Below are positions 15,732 through 25,936 of a stretch of 64,000 nt of DNA, one piece after another. Source of the DNA: Thiohalomonas denitrificans (GTDB taxonomy: Bacteria > Pseudomonadota > Gammaproteobacteria > Thiohalomonadales > Thiohalomonadaceae); NCBI RefSeq assembly GCF_016841685.1, contig NZ_JAENYR010000010.1:3000-66999 (forward strand), written 5' to 3'. Under the pieces are notes generated by a model. That model saw only the letters and a list, made by a program, of their open reading frames with translations. It was not told the DNA's origin and ran no database searches. The position numbers and the translations under genes are program-made. Numbering within the stretch: the stretch's first letter is position 1; every line of letters begins with the position of its first letter.

Positions 15732-17987
15732 ATGGCTGAATCGACCGAGATGAATTATGAAGGAGTAGAGCGGCTGCCGCTCAAGGCCTTTACCGAAAAG
15801 GCGTATCTGGACTATTCCATGTACGTCATCATGGACCGGGCTCTGCCGAATATCGGCGACGGCCTCAAACCGGTTCAGCGGCGCATTATCTATGCCATGA
15901 GTGAACTCGGGCTCAGCGCCCTCTCCAAGCACAAGAAGTCGGCGCGCACGGTCGGTGACGTGCTGGGCAAATATCACCCTCACGGCGATTCGGCCTGCTA
16001 CGAAGCCATGGTATTGATGGCGCAGCCTTTCTCCTACCGATACCCCCTGGTAGATGGGCAGGGCAACTGGGGTGCGCCCGACGATCCCAAGTCGTTTGCC
16101 GCCATGCGCTATACCGAGGCGCGCCTGGCGAAGTTCTCCCAGTTGCTGCTGGCCGAGGTGGGGCAGGGCACGGTGGACTGGACACCCAATTTCGATGGCA
16201 CCATGGAGGAGCCGTCGGTGCTCCCGGCACGGGTGCCGCACGTGCTGCTGAACGGGACTACGGGTATTGCCGTCGGCATGGCCACGGATATTCCGCCTCA
16301 CAACCTGCGGGAGGTGACCACAGCCTGCATCCGCTTGCTCGAATCGCCGAAAACGACCGTGGAGGAGCTTTGCGAGCACATTCAGGGCCCCGATTATCCC
16401 ACCGAGGCGGAGATCATCACCCCCCGCAAGGACTTGTTGAAGCTCTATCAGACCGGCGGCGGTTCACTGCGCATGCGCGCCAAATGGGAGCGGGAGGAGA
16501 GTGAGGTGGTGATTACCGCGTTGCCCTTCCAAGTCTCCGGGGCCAAGGTGCTGGAGCAGATCGCACAGCAGATGCAGAACAAAAAACTGCCGATGGTGGA
16601 AGACCTGCGTGACGAGTCGGACCACGAAAACCCGACTCGGCTGGTCATCATGCCGCGATCCAACCGGGTGGACCTGGAGGATTTGATGCGGCATTTGTTC
16701 GCCACTACCGATCTGGAGCGCACCTATCGGGTCAATATGAACGTGATCGGTCTGGATGGGCGCCCGCGGGTCAAGGATCTGCACAGCATGCTGTCCGAGT
16801 GGCTGGAGTTCCGGCTGCGTACGGTGCGGCGGCGTCTGGAGTACCGGCTTGAAAAGGTCGAAAAGCGGCTGCACCTGCTGGAAGGGCTGTTAATCGGGTT
16901 TCTGAATATCGATGAAGTGATTCACATCATCCGTACCGAAGAAGAGCCCAAACCGGTGCTGATGAAGCGTTTCGACCTCAGCGAGGTCCAAGCCGATTTC
17001 ATTCTCGATACCAAGCTGCGTCAGCTTGCCCGCCTGGAGGAGGTGAAGATCCGGGGTGAGCAGGAGGAGTTGGCCACGGAGAAGGCGAAACTCGAAAAGA
17101 CGCTGGGCTCCAGTCAGCGGATGAGGACGCTGGTGCGCAAGGAGCTTACGGCCGATGCCGAAGAGTACGGCGATGACCGCCGCTCGCCCATTGTCGAGCG
17201 CGAGGCGGCTCAGGCCATGGATGAGACGGCGCTGATCCCGGCCGAGCCGGTGACGGTGGTGCTCTCGGCCAAGGGCTGGGTGCGTGCCGCCAAAGGACAC
17301 GAAATCGATCCTGCCGGCCTCAGCTACAAGGCCGGCGACAGCTACCGCGATGCCGCACGGGGCAAGAGCAATCAGCAGGTGACCTTCCTTGACTCCACCG
17401 GACGCAGTTTTTCAATCCCGGCCCACAGTCTGCCTTCTGCGCGTGGACAGGGGGAACCGTTGACCGGGCGGGTGAATCCGTTGGCCGGTGCCGAATTCTG
17501 TGCTGCCATCATGGGAAATCCGGATGACCTGTTCCTGGTCGGCTCGGACGCCGGTTACGGTTTCCAGGTCAGATACGCCGACATGATGGCGGGCACCAAG
17601 AATGGCAAGGCGCTGCTCAAGCTGCCGATGGGGGCGAAGGTCTTGCCGCCCCAGCCGGTCTCTGACCCCGACAGCGACTCGATTGCGGCGATTACCATCG
17701 AGGGGAGACTGCTGGTGTTTCCGCTCTCCGAATTGCCACAGCTTGCCAAGGGCAAGGGCAACAAGTTCATCAGTATTCCGGCGGCGAAGGTGGCGACCCG
17801 CGAAGAGTACGTGGTTGCCCTGGTGGTTCTGCCGACAGGGGCTAACCTGGTGCTGCATGCCGGCAAACGGCATATGACCCTTAAATCTTCGGATCTGGAC
17901 CACTACCGCGGCGAACGGGGCCGGCGCGGCAACAAGCTGCCCCGTGGTCTGCAGCGAGTCGATGCTGCGGAGGTGGAGGTGAAGTAA
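15732..17987 (+). CDS. parC: DNA topoisomerase IV subunit A
   Basis: [35 protein letters not shown] and AAMRYTE motifs; about 750 aa. Confidence 0.97.
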   Translation: MAESTEMNYEGVERLPLKAFTEKAYLDYSMYVIMDRALPNIGDGLKPVQRRIIYAMSELGLSALSKHKKSARTVGDVLGKYHPHGDSACYEAMVLMAQPFSYRYPLVDGQGNWGAPDDPKSFAAMRYTEARLAKFSQLLLAEVGQGTVDWTPNFDGTMEEPSVLPARVPHVLLNGTTGIAVGMATDIPPHNLREVTTACIRLLESPKTTVEELCEHIQGPDYPTEAEIITPRKDLLKLYQTGGGSLRMRAKWEREESEVVITALPFQVSGAKVLEQIAQQMQNKKLPMVEDLRDESDHENPTRLVIMPRSNRVDLEDLMRHLFATTDLERTYRVNMNVIGLDGRPRVKDLHSMLSEWLEFRLRTVRRRLEYRLEKVEKRLHLLEGLLIGFLNIDEVIHIIRTEEEPKPVLMKRFDLSEVQADFILDTKLRQLARLEEVKIRGEQEELATEKAKLEKTLGSSQRMRTLVRKELTADAEEYGDDRRSPIVEREAAQAMDETALIPAEPVTVVLSAKGWVRAAKGHEIDPAGLSYKAGDSYRDAARGKSNQQVTFLDSTGRSFSIPAHSLPSARGQGEPLTGRVNPLAGAEFCAAIMGNPDDLFLVGSDAGYGFQVRYADMMAGTKNGKALLKLPMGAKVLPPQPVSDPDSDSIAAITIEGRLLVFPLSELPQLAKGKGNKFISIPAAKVATREEYVVALVVLPTGANLVLHAGKRHMTLKSSDLDHYRGERGRRGNKLPRGLQRVDAAEVEVK

Positions 17988-18060
17988 AAGGGTGGCCTTG
18001 ATCGGCTTTGGGTCGACCGGCACACAGGACACCCTGGGGGTAGGCAGGGTAAATGCATCG

Positions 18061-18210
18061 TCACAAGCTTGGTGCATGGCGAGCGATGCAAGTGCTTGAC
18101 ATATCAGGTACGCCGTGAATACATCCCTGTAGGCTCGACGGCAGCATCCCTGCTGCCGACGACCTGATATCAAGCGCTTGCTTCACTCGCTTGAAAGTAT
18201 GGGGTTGCAC
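18061..18210 (-). repeat. Family A repeat copy 2 (internally deleted), downstream of parC
   Basis: tcacaagcttggtgc...catccctgtaggctcgacggcagcatccc...cctgatatcaagcgcttgcttcactcgc matches the reverse complement of 3227-3517. Confidence 0.8.
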
Positions 18211-18313
18211 TGTCCGGTTAGGCTGTATGCCTGTCGAGTCCGTCGCTAAAATCGAAGGTGCACAAGAGTGCAGGTCGACTTTCAGCCTTCCCGGCAAAAC
18301 AGAGGAGCGATTC

Positions 18314-18664
18314 ATGGCTATCCAGGTGATCCCCATCCTGAAAGCGCTGGGGCCCGTCATTACCACCGCCGGTAGTCTCTATGCGGAGTGGCAAAAGGGG
18401 CGGGAGCCCGGAGCGCCGGGCGCCACGGAACCGTCCCCGGGTACCGCCTCCGAGCGTCTGCTTCGCCTGGAGGCCTTGAACGCGGAAAATGCCAATCTTA
18501 TCGCTCAGCTTGGAGAACAGCTTCGGGCTGTCGCCCTGCAGGTGGAAAAGGCCGAACGCGCCGCCGAAGTCGAACGCGCCCGACTGGGCTGGCTGGTGAA
18601 TATCGGTCTGGGCCTTGCGCTGGTGGCAGTGGGAGTCAGTCTGTGGGTCCTGCTCGCAGGGTGA
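18314..18664 (+). CDS. Hypothetical coiled-coil protein with C-terminal TM anchor
   Basis: GAGGAG RBS, helical heptads, hydrophobic C-terminus WLVNIGLGLALVAVGVSLWVLLAG. Confidence 0.65.
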   Translation: MAIQVIPILKALGPVITTAGSLYAEWQKGREPGAPGATEPSPGTASERLLRLEALNAENANLIAQLGEQLRAVALQVEKAERAAEVERARLGWLVNIGLGLALVAVGVSLWVLLAG

Positions 18665-18678
18665 TTTCAGGCTCCTGC

Positions 18679-20778
18679 TCAAGTGGCCCGGCGCCGTTGA
18701 ATCGCCAGACCGGGCAGCAGCGCGAAAACGAGCCATAGCATAGTACCTCCGCCGCCCCCGGAAGGCGGATCGAAGCGGATGCTCAGGGTATAAGGCATAT
18801 CGACGGGAGTCTGGCCGACCCGGTTCGTGGGAGTGAACAGAATGACACTGGCATGGTAGAGCCCCGGTGCAGGTGCGGCGATGGTGATTTTCTCGTCACT
18901 CGTGTTTCCCACGCTTCTCAGAGTCTCCTCGTCCATGCAATTGGGCGGCAGGGGCGTGTACCAGTAGCAGAACTGCGGCGCAGGACGGGCGCCATAGCGC
19001 ACCAGGAGGTCGATTTCCGCACCGGAGGCCGTGCTGGCGGTGGTGACCTTCAGGTTTTTTGCTCCATCCGGCACTTCGAAGTGAAAGGTGTGCACCCGGT
19101 CCCAAGGGTTTGACTCCCGGATCCGTTCATCGAGGGTCAGCTCACCCGCCGCGGGTTTGAGGGCACCGAACTCGAGTGCGAAACGGCGGGTCACTCCGTA
19201 ATCGCCGGCAGAAATCAAAAGCTCCAGCGGCAGGTGCTGATGGGCAGTTGCATCATTGGCCATACGAACGGTGAAGGCCAGCTCGGCCCCTGTCCCTTGC
19301 GCGAGTGTGGAAGCCAGAGTGTTGCTGTCCTCGACGACCGTCAGGTCCGGAGCGAGGCTGTGGAGAACACCGGTAACCCCGGCGGCATCGCGCCACTGAT
19401 TGGCAATTACAACCCGCAGCGTAGCGTTCTCCCCCGGGTCCAGTTGGCTATTGCCGTTGCCGGCAGCATCGTCGATGCGCCAGGAAGAGATCACCAGCAC
19501 GGGTTGGGGGAGAACCGTCATCGCCCCGTAGGCGTTCACCCGCCCGTCGGTGGCCAGCCTCCCGTCCGTGATGCGCTCCACCCCCGCCATAAGCCGACCT
19601 TTCATCTCCCGGTAGTCCAGCGGGATTTCACCCTCCGACTCGCGGTAGGCCTTGACCAGAGCCGCCACGGCGGCGGTGTAGGGGGCGGAAAACGAGGTTC
19701 CTTCCGCAAACTGGTAAGTAGCCACCGGATCGCCCTGTTCGTCCCTGGCCCAGCTCGTGGTGTAGATGCTGGAGCCCGGCGCGGCGAGGTCAACGCTTCG
19801 TGGCCCGATTTGGGTGAACACGGAGAGGCCGTCCTGGGGATGACTGGATGCCACTGAAAGAACATTAGGCAGGTCATAACCCGACGGGGCGTTGGGAATG
19901 TCGTCATTGCTGTAGCCGCCGTTGCCGGCGGCGGCGAGGAACAGGATCCCCTCTTTTTGCAGTTGCTCAATGGCATCGAACTCTGCCTGGGAATAGGCAC
20001 CGCCATAGCTGGCGTTGATGATATGAGCGCCGTTGTCCGCCGCGTATTGATAGGCAGCGATTAGTTGAGCCACGCTGTAATTGGTACGCAGTGGCATAAT
20101 TTGCACCCGTTGTGCCGGGCTGGTGATACCGGTGCCGTTACCGCCCCTAGCCCCGGCGGCACCGGCTACCAGGGTGCCGTGCACTTCATCGGGACCGGCG
20201 GTCGGATCTCCATCATCGGCGACAAAATCCCATCCCGGGATGATGTTTTCCTCCAGGTCTTCATGGTTGAGCAGGATGCCGTCGTCGATAACAGCAATGA
20301 CGACGGCGTCCGCATGGGTTTGCAGATCCCACGCCCGCGGCAGGTCCATATCGGCTCCCGGCAAGCCGTCGGTAGGGTCGGTACTCCCCGAAGACAATGA
20401 ATTCCCGGCGTTGAGAAGCCCCCACTGCCTGGCGTCCAGGTCATTGGGAAACACCTCATGCGGCCGGTGTATGAAATTGGGCTCAGCGTATTCGATCGGT
20501 TTCGAGGCCCTTAGCCGGCGGACGGCTGCGCTCACGTCAGCCTTGGCGGGGAGCGTCCACTTTTCGATGCCGAAGCGCTGGAAGGTGCGGGCCCGCTGTC
20601 CACTGACCTGCGCCATGGTCAAGCCTCGGGCGCGCACATCGGTTCCCGTCTTGAACTTGATCAGCAGCTCGCCGGGACGGTAATGGGGCGGTTGTTCGGC
20701 CTTCGACGGGGCCCCGGAGGCCATGCTGACGGAGAGGGCAAACAACAGACCGGCGGCAAGGGTGAGAAGGGTCGTCAT
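18679..20778 (-). CDS. Subtilase (S8) serine protease with prodomain, PPC-like domain and GlyGly-CTERM tail
   Basis: Catalytic triad IAVIDDG / HGTLVAG / GTSFSAP; C-terminal SGGGGGTMLWLVFALLPGLAIQRRRAT. Confidence 0.92.
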   Translation of the reverse strand: MTTLLTLAAGLLFALSVSMASGAPSKAEQPPHYRPGELLIKFKTGTDVRARGLTMAQVSGQRARTFQRFGIEKWTLPAKADVSAAVRRLRASKPIEYAEPNFIHRPHEVFPNDLDARQWGLLNAGNSLSSGSTDPTDGLPGADMDLPRAWDLQTHADAVVIAVIDDGILLNHEDLEENIIPGWDFVADDGDPTAGPDEVHGTLVAGAAGARGGNGTGITSPAQRVQIMPLRTNYSVAQLIAAYQYAADNGAHIINASYGGAYSQAEFDAIEQLQKEGILFLAAAGNGGYSNDDIPNAPSGYDLPNVLSVASSHPQDGLSVFTQIGPRSVDLAAPGSSIYTTSWARDEQGDPVATYQFAEGTSFSAPYTAAVAALVKAYRESEGEIPLDYREMKGRLMAGVERITDGRLATDGRVNAYGAMTVLPQPVLVISSWRIDDAAGNGNSQLDPGENATLRVVIANQWRDAAGVTGVLHSLAPDLTVVEDSNTLASTLAQGTGAELAFTVRMANDATAHQHLPLELLISAGDYGVTRRFALEFGALKPAAGELTLDERIRESNPWDRVHTFHFEVPDGAKNLKVTTASTASGAEIDLLVRYGARPAPQFCYWYTPLPPNCMDEETLRSVGNTSDEKITIAAPAPGLYHASVILFTPTNRVGQTPVDMPYTLSIRFDPPSGGGGGTMLWLVFALLPGLAIQRRRAT

Positions 20779-20795
20779 CTATGTGTTCCCGAAAG

Positions 20796-21131
20796 TCAGC
20801 GCGAGTAGGGACGGTGGCGGATGTTGGGCTCGACGTAGACCACTTCGGGCTGCGCGGTCAACCGGCGCATGGCATCATCCATCGGCGTACCCTCCGGGAG
20901 GCGTATGAGGTAGACGTTGCGAGGCAGTTGTTCGATAACGCTTGCCTCCAGCTCTTCGGCAATGCGCGTGACGTCGGCGATACCGATGTCATCCGTGAAT
21001 CTGACCAATAACTCACCAGCCACGACGGAGGCCGAAGCCTTCTCCGGGGGCTCCGACGGGCGGGCAGTGTCGGCTAGACAGCCGGAGGTGAGGAACGATA
21101 TGAAGAGGCTCAGGGCTATCAGTGACTTCAT
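20796..21131 (-). CDS. Probable lipoprotein consisting of a stand-alone subtilase propeptide (I9/fervidolysin-prodomain-like) domain
   Basis: Lipobox-like FLTSGC; GELLVRF...MRRLTAQPEVVYVEPN aligns with the neighbouring protease's prodomain. Confidence 0.75.
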   Translation of the reverse strand: MKSLIALSLFISFLTSGCLADTARPSEPPEKASASVVAGELLVRFTDDIGIADVTRIAEELEASVIEQLPRNVYLIRLPEGTPMDDAMRRLTAQPEVVYVEPNIRHRPYSR

Positions 21132-21317
21132 ACGGTTTTTTCCTCACTTTCATGAAACCCCTACAAACAGGGTAGGCGCCAAGGCGCAATGGATCGCTCC
21201 AGCTATTTGCCCGGAGTGAACAAAAAACCGATTTGATCCCACTTTGTATCGCTAGTAGCCAAGTCTCAAAGGTGGCTATGTTATCTTGGCCATCTAATTA
21301 AAAAGTACGGGCAGGAT

Positions 21318-21593
21318 ATGAGATGGAGATGGGTTTTGGTGGTGGGCGCTCTGGCTGGCGGCGTTTCAGCCCCGGCGCTCGCCGGTTGTTCGATGCAATT
21401 TGAGATGTGCAGCGCCTGGTGCAGCACGCGCCATGTGGGGTCCGAAGCGCGGAAAGTCGGCTGTAAGACGCGCTGTCTTGCGGATCGCGCGGCCTGTCTC
21501 GCCGAAACGGGCATCGACAAGGCCAAGGAGACAGGCAAACAGGGGGCCGATAGTGCAAAGGGCTTTTGGGAAGGGTTTTGGAGTGACAAATAG
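21318..21593 (+). CDS. Small secreted six-cysteine protein
   Basis: Signal peptide ending ALA; Cx6Cx3C...Cx3Cx6C; 91 aa. Confidence 0.65.
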   Translation: MRWRWVLVVGALAGGVSAPALAGCSMQFEMCSAWCSTRHVGSEARKVGCKTRCLADRAACLAETGIDKAKETGKQGADSAKGFWEGFWSDK

Positions 21594-21640
21594 GGGTGCC
21601 GGTCTCCCGTAAGAGCCGGCACCCCATGAAAAACGCTTGT

Positions 21641-23014
21641 TCAGTCGCTATAGAGTCCCAGGGACTTGAGTTGCGTCGATCCGTTGAGGAATTTCTCCGC
21701 CAGGATGAGAGAGGTGGCCGACCAGGTCTGAAAGTAATTGGAGCGACGTCCGACCAGTCGCCCATGGCGTCCGTCGTAATACTCCGCCCAGAGGTCGACA
21801 GGGAGCCGCTCGGCTGCCTGAGCGTAGGCCCTTTCCGCCAGATCGGGACGCCCCGCTTTCACCGCCGCCCCGACAAACGTCCACAGAAGCGCAGGCCAGT
21901 TTCCACCATTATGATAGGACCACGGTGCGTTTTTGGGATCACTCCCGGTCATCAGGCGCCACTCTTCGCCATCCATGGCCGGATAACTGATCTTGACCGG
22001 CATGGTGCCGACTAAATCGGCCCAGCGCTCCTCATAGAGGAACATGATACGTTGCGCTTCCTCGTCGGTTGAGAGGCCAAACAGAATGGATAACAGGTTA
22101 CCCAGCGCGAAAAATCGGAAATCCATCCGTCCGGGTCCGAGATTGCCCACCAGATAACCCGCACTTTCCGGAAGCCAGTCGGGGACCCAGTCGGGGATGC
22201 TCTCCGGGTGAATGTTCAGGATGTTGACGCTGTCCTGTCCGAACTGTTCGGTCTTGTAGCGGTGGATTTCGTTGAGACGGGGGACGTCCAGCCAGTAGTA
22301 GATGCGGATGTAAGTTCGCAGTGTCCGAAGTCGCTGGTCCACACGCCGCACCAGCCCCTCGTTTCCATCAGCGGTTTCCAGGAGTTGGCGTGCGGCGCAG
22401 AGTGCACCGAAAAAGAGGGCCTGAACCTCCAGCGGATGGCCGTAAACCCCCATGCGGCGGTCGATCATGAAGGAGCCGTCCGGGACCAGGAGGGTAGGGG
22501 CAACCTCCAGGCGATCCCTGAGCAGAAGATCGAGGATCTGGCGCATTCCCCGCTGCACATCCGGCTGGTGAGCGAAATCGGTGTCACCGCTGACCGTCAC
22601 ATAGGTCCTGAGCAGAATCATCCACCACAGCATCGAATCCACTGGCGCCACCCGGCCGATGGCATGGTCCCCGAAGTCGGCAATCAACCGTTCGCCCTGG
22701 TTATCGTTGACGACCTTGAAACTGGCGGGCATGACCCCGGGTGCGGGTTCATGCCCGGCCCAGCGCTCCTGTTGATGGCGAAGCTCGAGCACCGTCTGTA
22801 AAAAGTCATGGACGACTGTGTCGCGGCCATCCAGTAGGTAGACGAGTGCAGACGGCACGAAATCGCGTACGAAGCAATCGGCATAGTGCTCTGCCGGTGC
22901 ATTGGGGTCCCGGGCTGCCATGGTACCGATAACGCGGCCACGATAGCGCATCTCGGATGCTTCGAGGACTGCATAGGCTGCGTCGATGGGGGAGAGGTGG
23001 GGTATCGTAGCCAT
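21641..23014 (-). CDS. Alkaline/neutral invertase (GH100)
   Basis: FVRDFVPSA, ADFGDHAIGRVAPVDSMLWW, MIDRRMGVYGHPLEVQ, GRMDFRFF, YHNGGNWP and AEYYDG motifs; start at ATG 23014. Confidence 0.93.
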   Translation of the reverse strand: MATIPHLSPIDAAYAVLEASEMRYRGRVIGTMAARDPNAPAEHYADCFVRDFVPSALVYLLDGRDTVVHDFLQTVLELRHQQERWAGHEPAPGVMPASFKVVNDNQGERLIADFGDHAIGRVAPVDSMLWWMILLRTYVTVSGDTDFAHQPDVQRGMRQILDLLLRDRLEVAPTLLVPDGSFMIDRRMGVYGHPLEVQALFFGALCAARQLLETADGNEGLVRRVDQRLRTLRTYIRIYYWLDVPRLNEIHRYKTEQFGQDSVNILNIHPESIPDWVPDWLPESAGYLVGNLGPGRMDFRFFALGNLLSILFGLSTDEEAQRIMFLYEERWADLVGTMPVKISYPAMDGEEWRLMTGSDPKNAPWSYHNGGNWPALLWTFVGAAVKAGRPDLAERAYAQAAERLPVDLWAEYYDGRHGRLVGRRSNYFQTWSATSLILAEKFLNGSTQLKSLGLYSD

Positions 23015-23145
23015 AGGCGGAAAAGAGTAGCGGCAGGTAGAGGCTTGATTCAATGTTTTTGTGAGCGTCAGGGACGCTTTCTGAAGATTGTGCCGTTTAC
23101 CTACGGCAGTGTGTGCGTTCTTAAGAATGCACCTGTGCGAAAGCG

Positions 23146-24279
23146 TCAGGTTTCGGCGTCTTCACCTGCGTTTCGCTGTGCCTGTTTTTCGCGCAGCTGC
23201 TGCAAACGTTCCAGTACGCGTTCGGCACGATCCAGGTTGTCCAAGGCGGGACGGTGGGCCGGACGCAGTTCGAGGATGCGCTTCCAGAGCTGAACCGCCC
23301 GCTCGAACTCGCCGCGGCTGTAGTAGGTCACGCCCTCTTCGAAGAGGCGTTCGACCTCGATATCGATTGTGACCTCTAACTGCTTGCGCTCGCTCTCGAC
23401 CTCGGATTGATTGGTGGTGGTTTCTTCCAGTTGCGCGAGAATCTTACCGGCCTTTTGATACTGGCCATTTTCATAGGTGCGCCGATACTCGCTCATGAGG
23501 CTGTCGAAGTACTGGTGGGCGTTTGCTTCTTGGGCTTCAGCGCGCTTCCGTCGACGCTCGCGGGCATTTTGATGTTCGCGCTCACGAGCAGCGTGCCACT
23601 CCTTGAGTCGGGTGTAGGCGGCTTGGACCATTTCATCGTTGGAGAGGGTGGCCGCCAGTGGCAGTGTGCGTTCGGCAACCTCGTATTCGGCGGCTTCCAG
23701 GGCTGCACTGCCGGTTCGGGCCAGATGTTCGGCGGTCTCTTGGATCGACTGGCGGTGTTCCTTCAGTGCATTGCTGGCATCGTGGTCGCGCGGGTCAATA
23801 CGGGCTATCCGTTCGTAAATGGGGAGCGCACGCTCCAGAAAGCGGGCTCGGGCCACCATCAGGTTCAGACGCTGTGTGGCGACCAGGGAGGATTGCTTGC
23901 GATGTAATTCGGCAAGACCATCTTTGAGATAGGTGCTGTCCGGCATTCCTCTCAGGGCCGTGTCATAGGCGTTCAGCGCCCTGGCCCAGTTGCCCTTTTC
24001 CATATCTTTGGCCGCTTGCGCCACGATCTCCTTTTCATACGTCTTAGCCAGCGACTCGACTTTCCGTCGTTTGTCCGCCAGCCGCGAGTATTCCGGGTCT
24101 TTCGGGTCGATTGCGGAGAGGGCATTCAACGCCCGGCCATACTGGCGCTCAACGATCCAAGTATCCAACTGTGTATTCAGATCGTTGCCCGTCAGCCCCT
24201 GCAGGGTACTTAGTGCCGAGCAGCCGCCGAGCAGGGCGGCAATACCCATGGGCAGCAGTATTCGCGATAGTCGATTCAT
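23146..24279 (-). CDS. TPR-containing lipoprotein
   Basis: Lipobox LLGGC, helical repeats, C-terminal TPR (GVTYYSRGEFERAVQLWKRIL). Confidence 0.75.
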   Translation of the reverse strand: MNRLSRILLPMGIAALLGGCSALSTLQGLTGNDLNTQLDTWIVERQYGRALNALSAIDPKDPEYSRLADKRRKVESLAKTYEKEIVAQAAKDMEKGNWARALNAYDTALRGMPDSTYLKDGLAELHRKQSSLVATQRLNLMVARARFLERALPIYERIARIDPRDHDASNALKEHRQSIQETAEHLARTGSAALEAAEYEVAERTLPLAATLSNDEMVQAAYTRLKEWHAAREREHQNARERRRKRAEAQEANAHQYFDSLMSEYRRTYENGQYQKAGKILAQLEETTTNQSEVESERKQLEVTIDIEVERLFEEGVTYYSRGEFERAVQLWKRILELRPAHRPALDNLDRAERVLERLQQLREKQAQRNAGEDAET

Positions 24280-25865
24280 GCGGCTTCGGATGCTAAAGCT
24301 TCGAGAATGCGACGGTTTTCGGCAAGCATTTCTTCACGGAATGGATCATTGATGCCGGTGACGCGCAGGATGGCGACGGGATGCTCCTTGCCGCGCAAGC
24401 TGATGGTACTTTTCTTTTCCGCGAGAATACGTCCGGCAACGCCCTGCATCGCGACCATCTCTCCGGTAATGATGATTTCACCCGGCTCGCCAGCGTGAGA
24501 AAGCCGGGAGGCCATGTTAACTGCATCGCCGACCACAGTGTAATCCATTCGATCCGCCGATCCCATGTTGCCGGCCAGCATTCTTCCGCTATTGATGCCC
24601 ACCCGGAAGTGTATGGCGGGTAAACCCTTTTGCTCTCGACGGCGGTTGAGATCGTCGGTCAGGGCGATGATCATGGATGCACAGGCGGTAGCCCGAAAGG
24701 CGTGATCTTCATGGTGGACCGGGACGCCAAAGACTATCATGGCGCAATCGCCCATGTACTTGTCAATATGGCCGCCGCAGAAGTCCACGGCGCGGGCGAT
24801 TTGAGTGAAATAGGTATTCAGCAAGTGGCTGACTTCTTTAGGGGTCATCTTTTCCGACATGCTGGTGAAGCCGACGATGTCGGCGAATAGTACGCTCGCC
24901 TCGACATGCCTGCCCCCCAATTGGACTTGCTCAACATTTTCGAGTTCTGACAGTACCTGTTTGGCCACATTGGGGGAGACATAACGGGAAAACACCTTTT
25001 CCACCTGCTCCTTGCGCAGCAGGCCCTCGCCCATGCTGTTCATGGCATCCATCAACACACCAATTTCGTCATTGCGGCGACCGGTGAAACGGAAGTCATA
25101 CTTCCCTTCGGATATGGCGCGGCTGGCATTGATTAGTTGGTGGATGGGACGTGTCAATCGTCCACCAAGATAGAACGAAGTTCCCACGCCCAAAAGCACG
25201 ATCAGCAAGGTGGTGGCGCTGACTGCGGTGATGGTATCGGTCTTGGCCCGTTCGAGCAGCGAGCGATCGAAGGCGAGCAGGGCGTAGCCCGCTGTGACAT
25301 CGCGGTAGCGGACCGGCGCCACGAACGCCGTTAAGGCCTGCGGCGACTTCTTACCCGGTATGCTCCAGTCAATGCGCTGCTCGTCTCCGGTTGTGAGTCC
25401 GATCCCTGCTGCTTCAAGACGGTTTGAAAGCGGCACGATTCCGGTATAGGTGATGCGCAATCCTTCGTCAGAATAAATGCCGACACCAAGGACGGTTTTG
25501 TCCTTGATGAGGTTGTTGGCGGCGAGCTGCAGCGTCAGGGTGTCGCCTGCCAGCAGCGGCTCTTCAATGGAATCGGCCACCTGGCCGACAAGAGTGTTGC
25601 CGAAGGTCTGGATTTGCTGCTCGAGAAGGCGAGTCTGGTTGCTCCCTACCAGAAGCCCGAGCAAGGTCATACCACTTGCCACCAGGAGGGTGAACGCCAG
25701 GGCCAGCTTGTAAGCAATGGGAACACGATCGGGGAGACGGTTGTAAACCGCCGTTCCACAGACGTCGCGTTGATCGCGATAGAACACGGCGCACCGACCC
25801 AGCAGTCCATGACCGTTCCGGGACAGGTTATTGGCAATGGTGCTTAGGGACTCGCGCCAGTGCAT
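24276..25865 (-). CDS. Membrane adenylate/guanylate cyclase (2 TM, HAMP, class III cyclase)
   Basis: HAMP (TRPIHQL...DEIGVL), VLFADIVGFT, DKYMGD, RVGINSG, YTVVGDAVNMASRL motifs. Confidence 0.92.
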   Translation of the reverse strand: MHWRESLSTIANNLSRNGHGLLGRCAVFYRDQRDVCGTAVYNRLPDRVPIAYKLALAFTLLVASGMTLLGLLVGSNQTRLLEQQIQTFGNTLVGQVADSIEEPLLAGDTLTLQLAANNLIKDKTVLGVGIYSDEGLRITYTGIVPLSNRLEAAGIGLTTGDEQRIDWSIPGKKSPQALTAFVAPVRYRDVTAGYALLAFDRSLLERAKTDTITAVSATTLLIVLLGVGTSFYLGGRLTRPIHQLINASRAISEGKYDFRFTGRRNDEIGVLMDAMNSMGEGLLRKEQVEKVFSRYVSPNVAKQVLSELENVEQVQLGGRHVEASVLFADIVGFTSMSEKMTPKEVSHLLNTYFTQIARAVDFCGGHIDKYMGDCAMIVFGVPVHHEDHAFRATACASMIIALTDDLNRRREQKGLPAIHFRVGINSGRMLAGNMGSADRMDYTVVGDAVNMASRLSHAGEPGEIIITGEMVAMQGVAGRILAEKKSTISLRGKEHPVAILRVTGINDPFREEMLAENRRILEALASEAA

Positions 25866-25936
25866 GGGCTCCTCGGTTGTGTTCTGTCACCGGCCGATAC
25901 TACCACGACATGCGCTGGTACTGAACGCCGCGCCGA

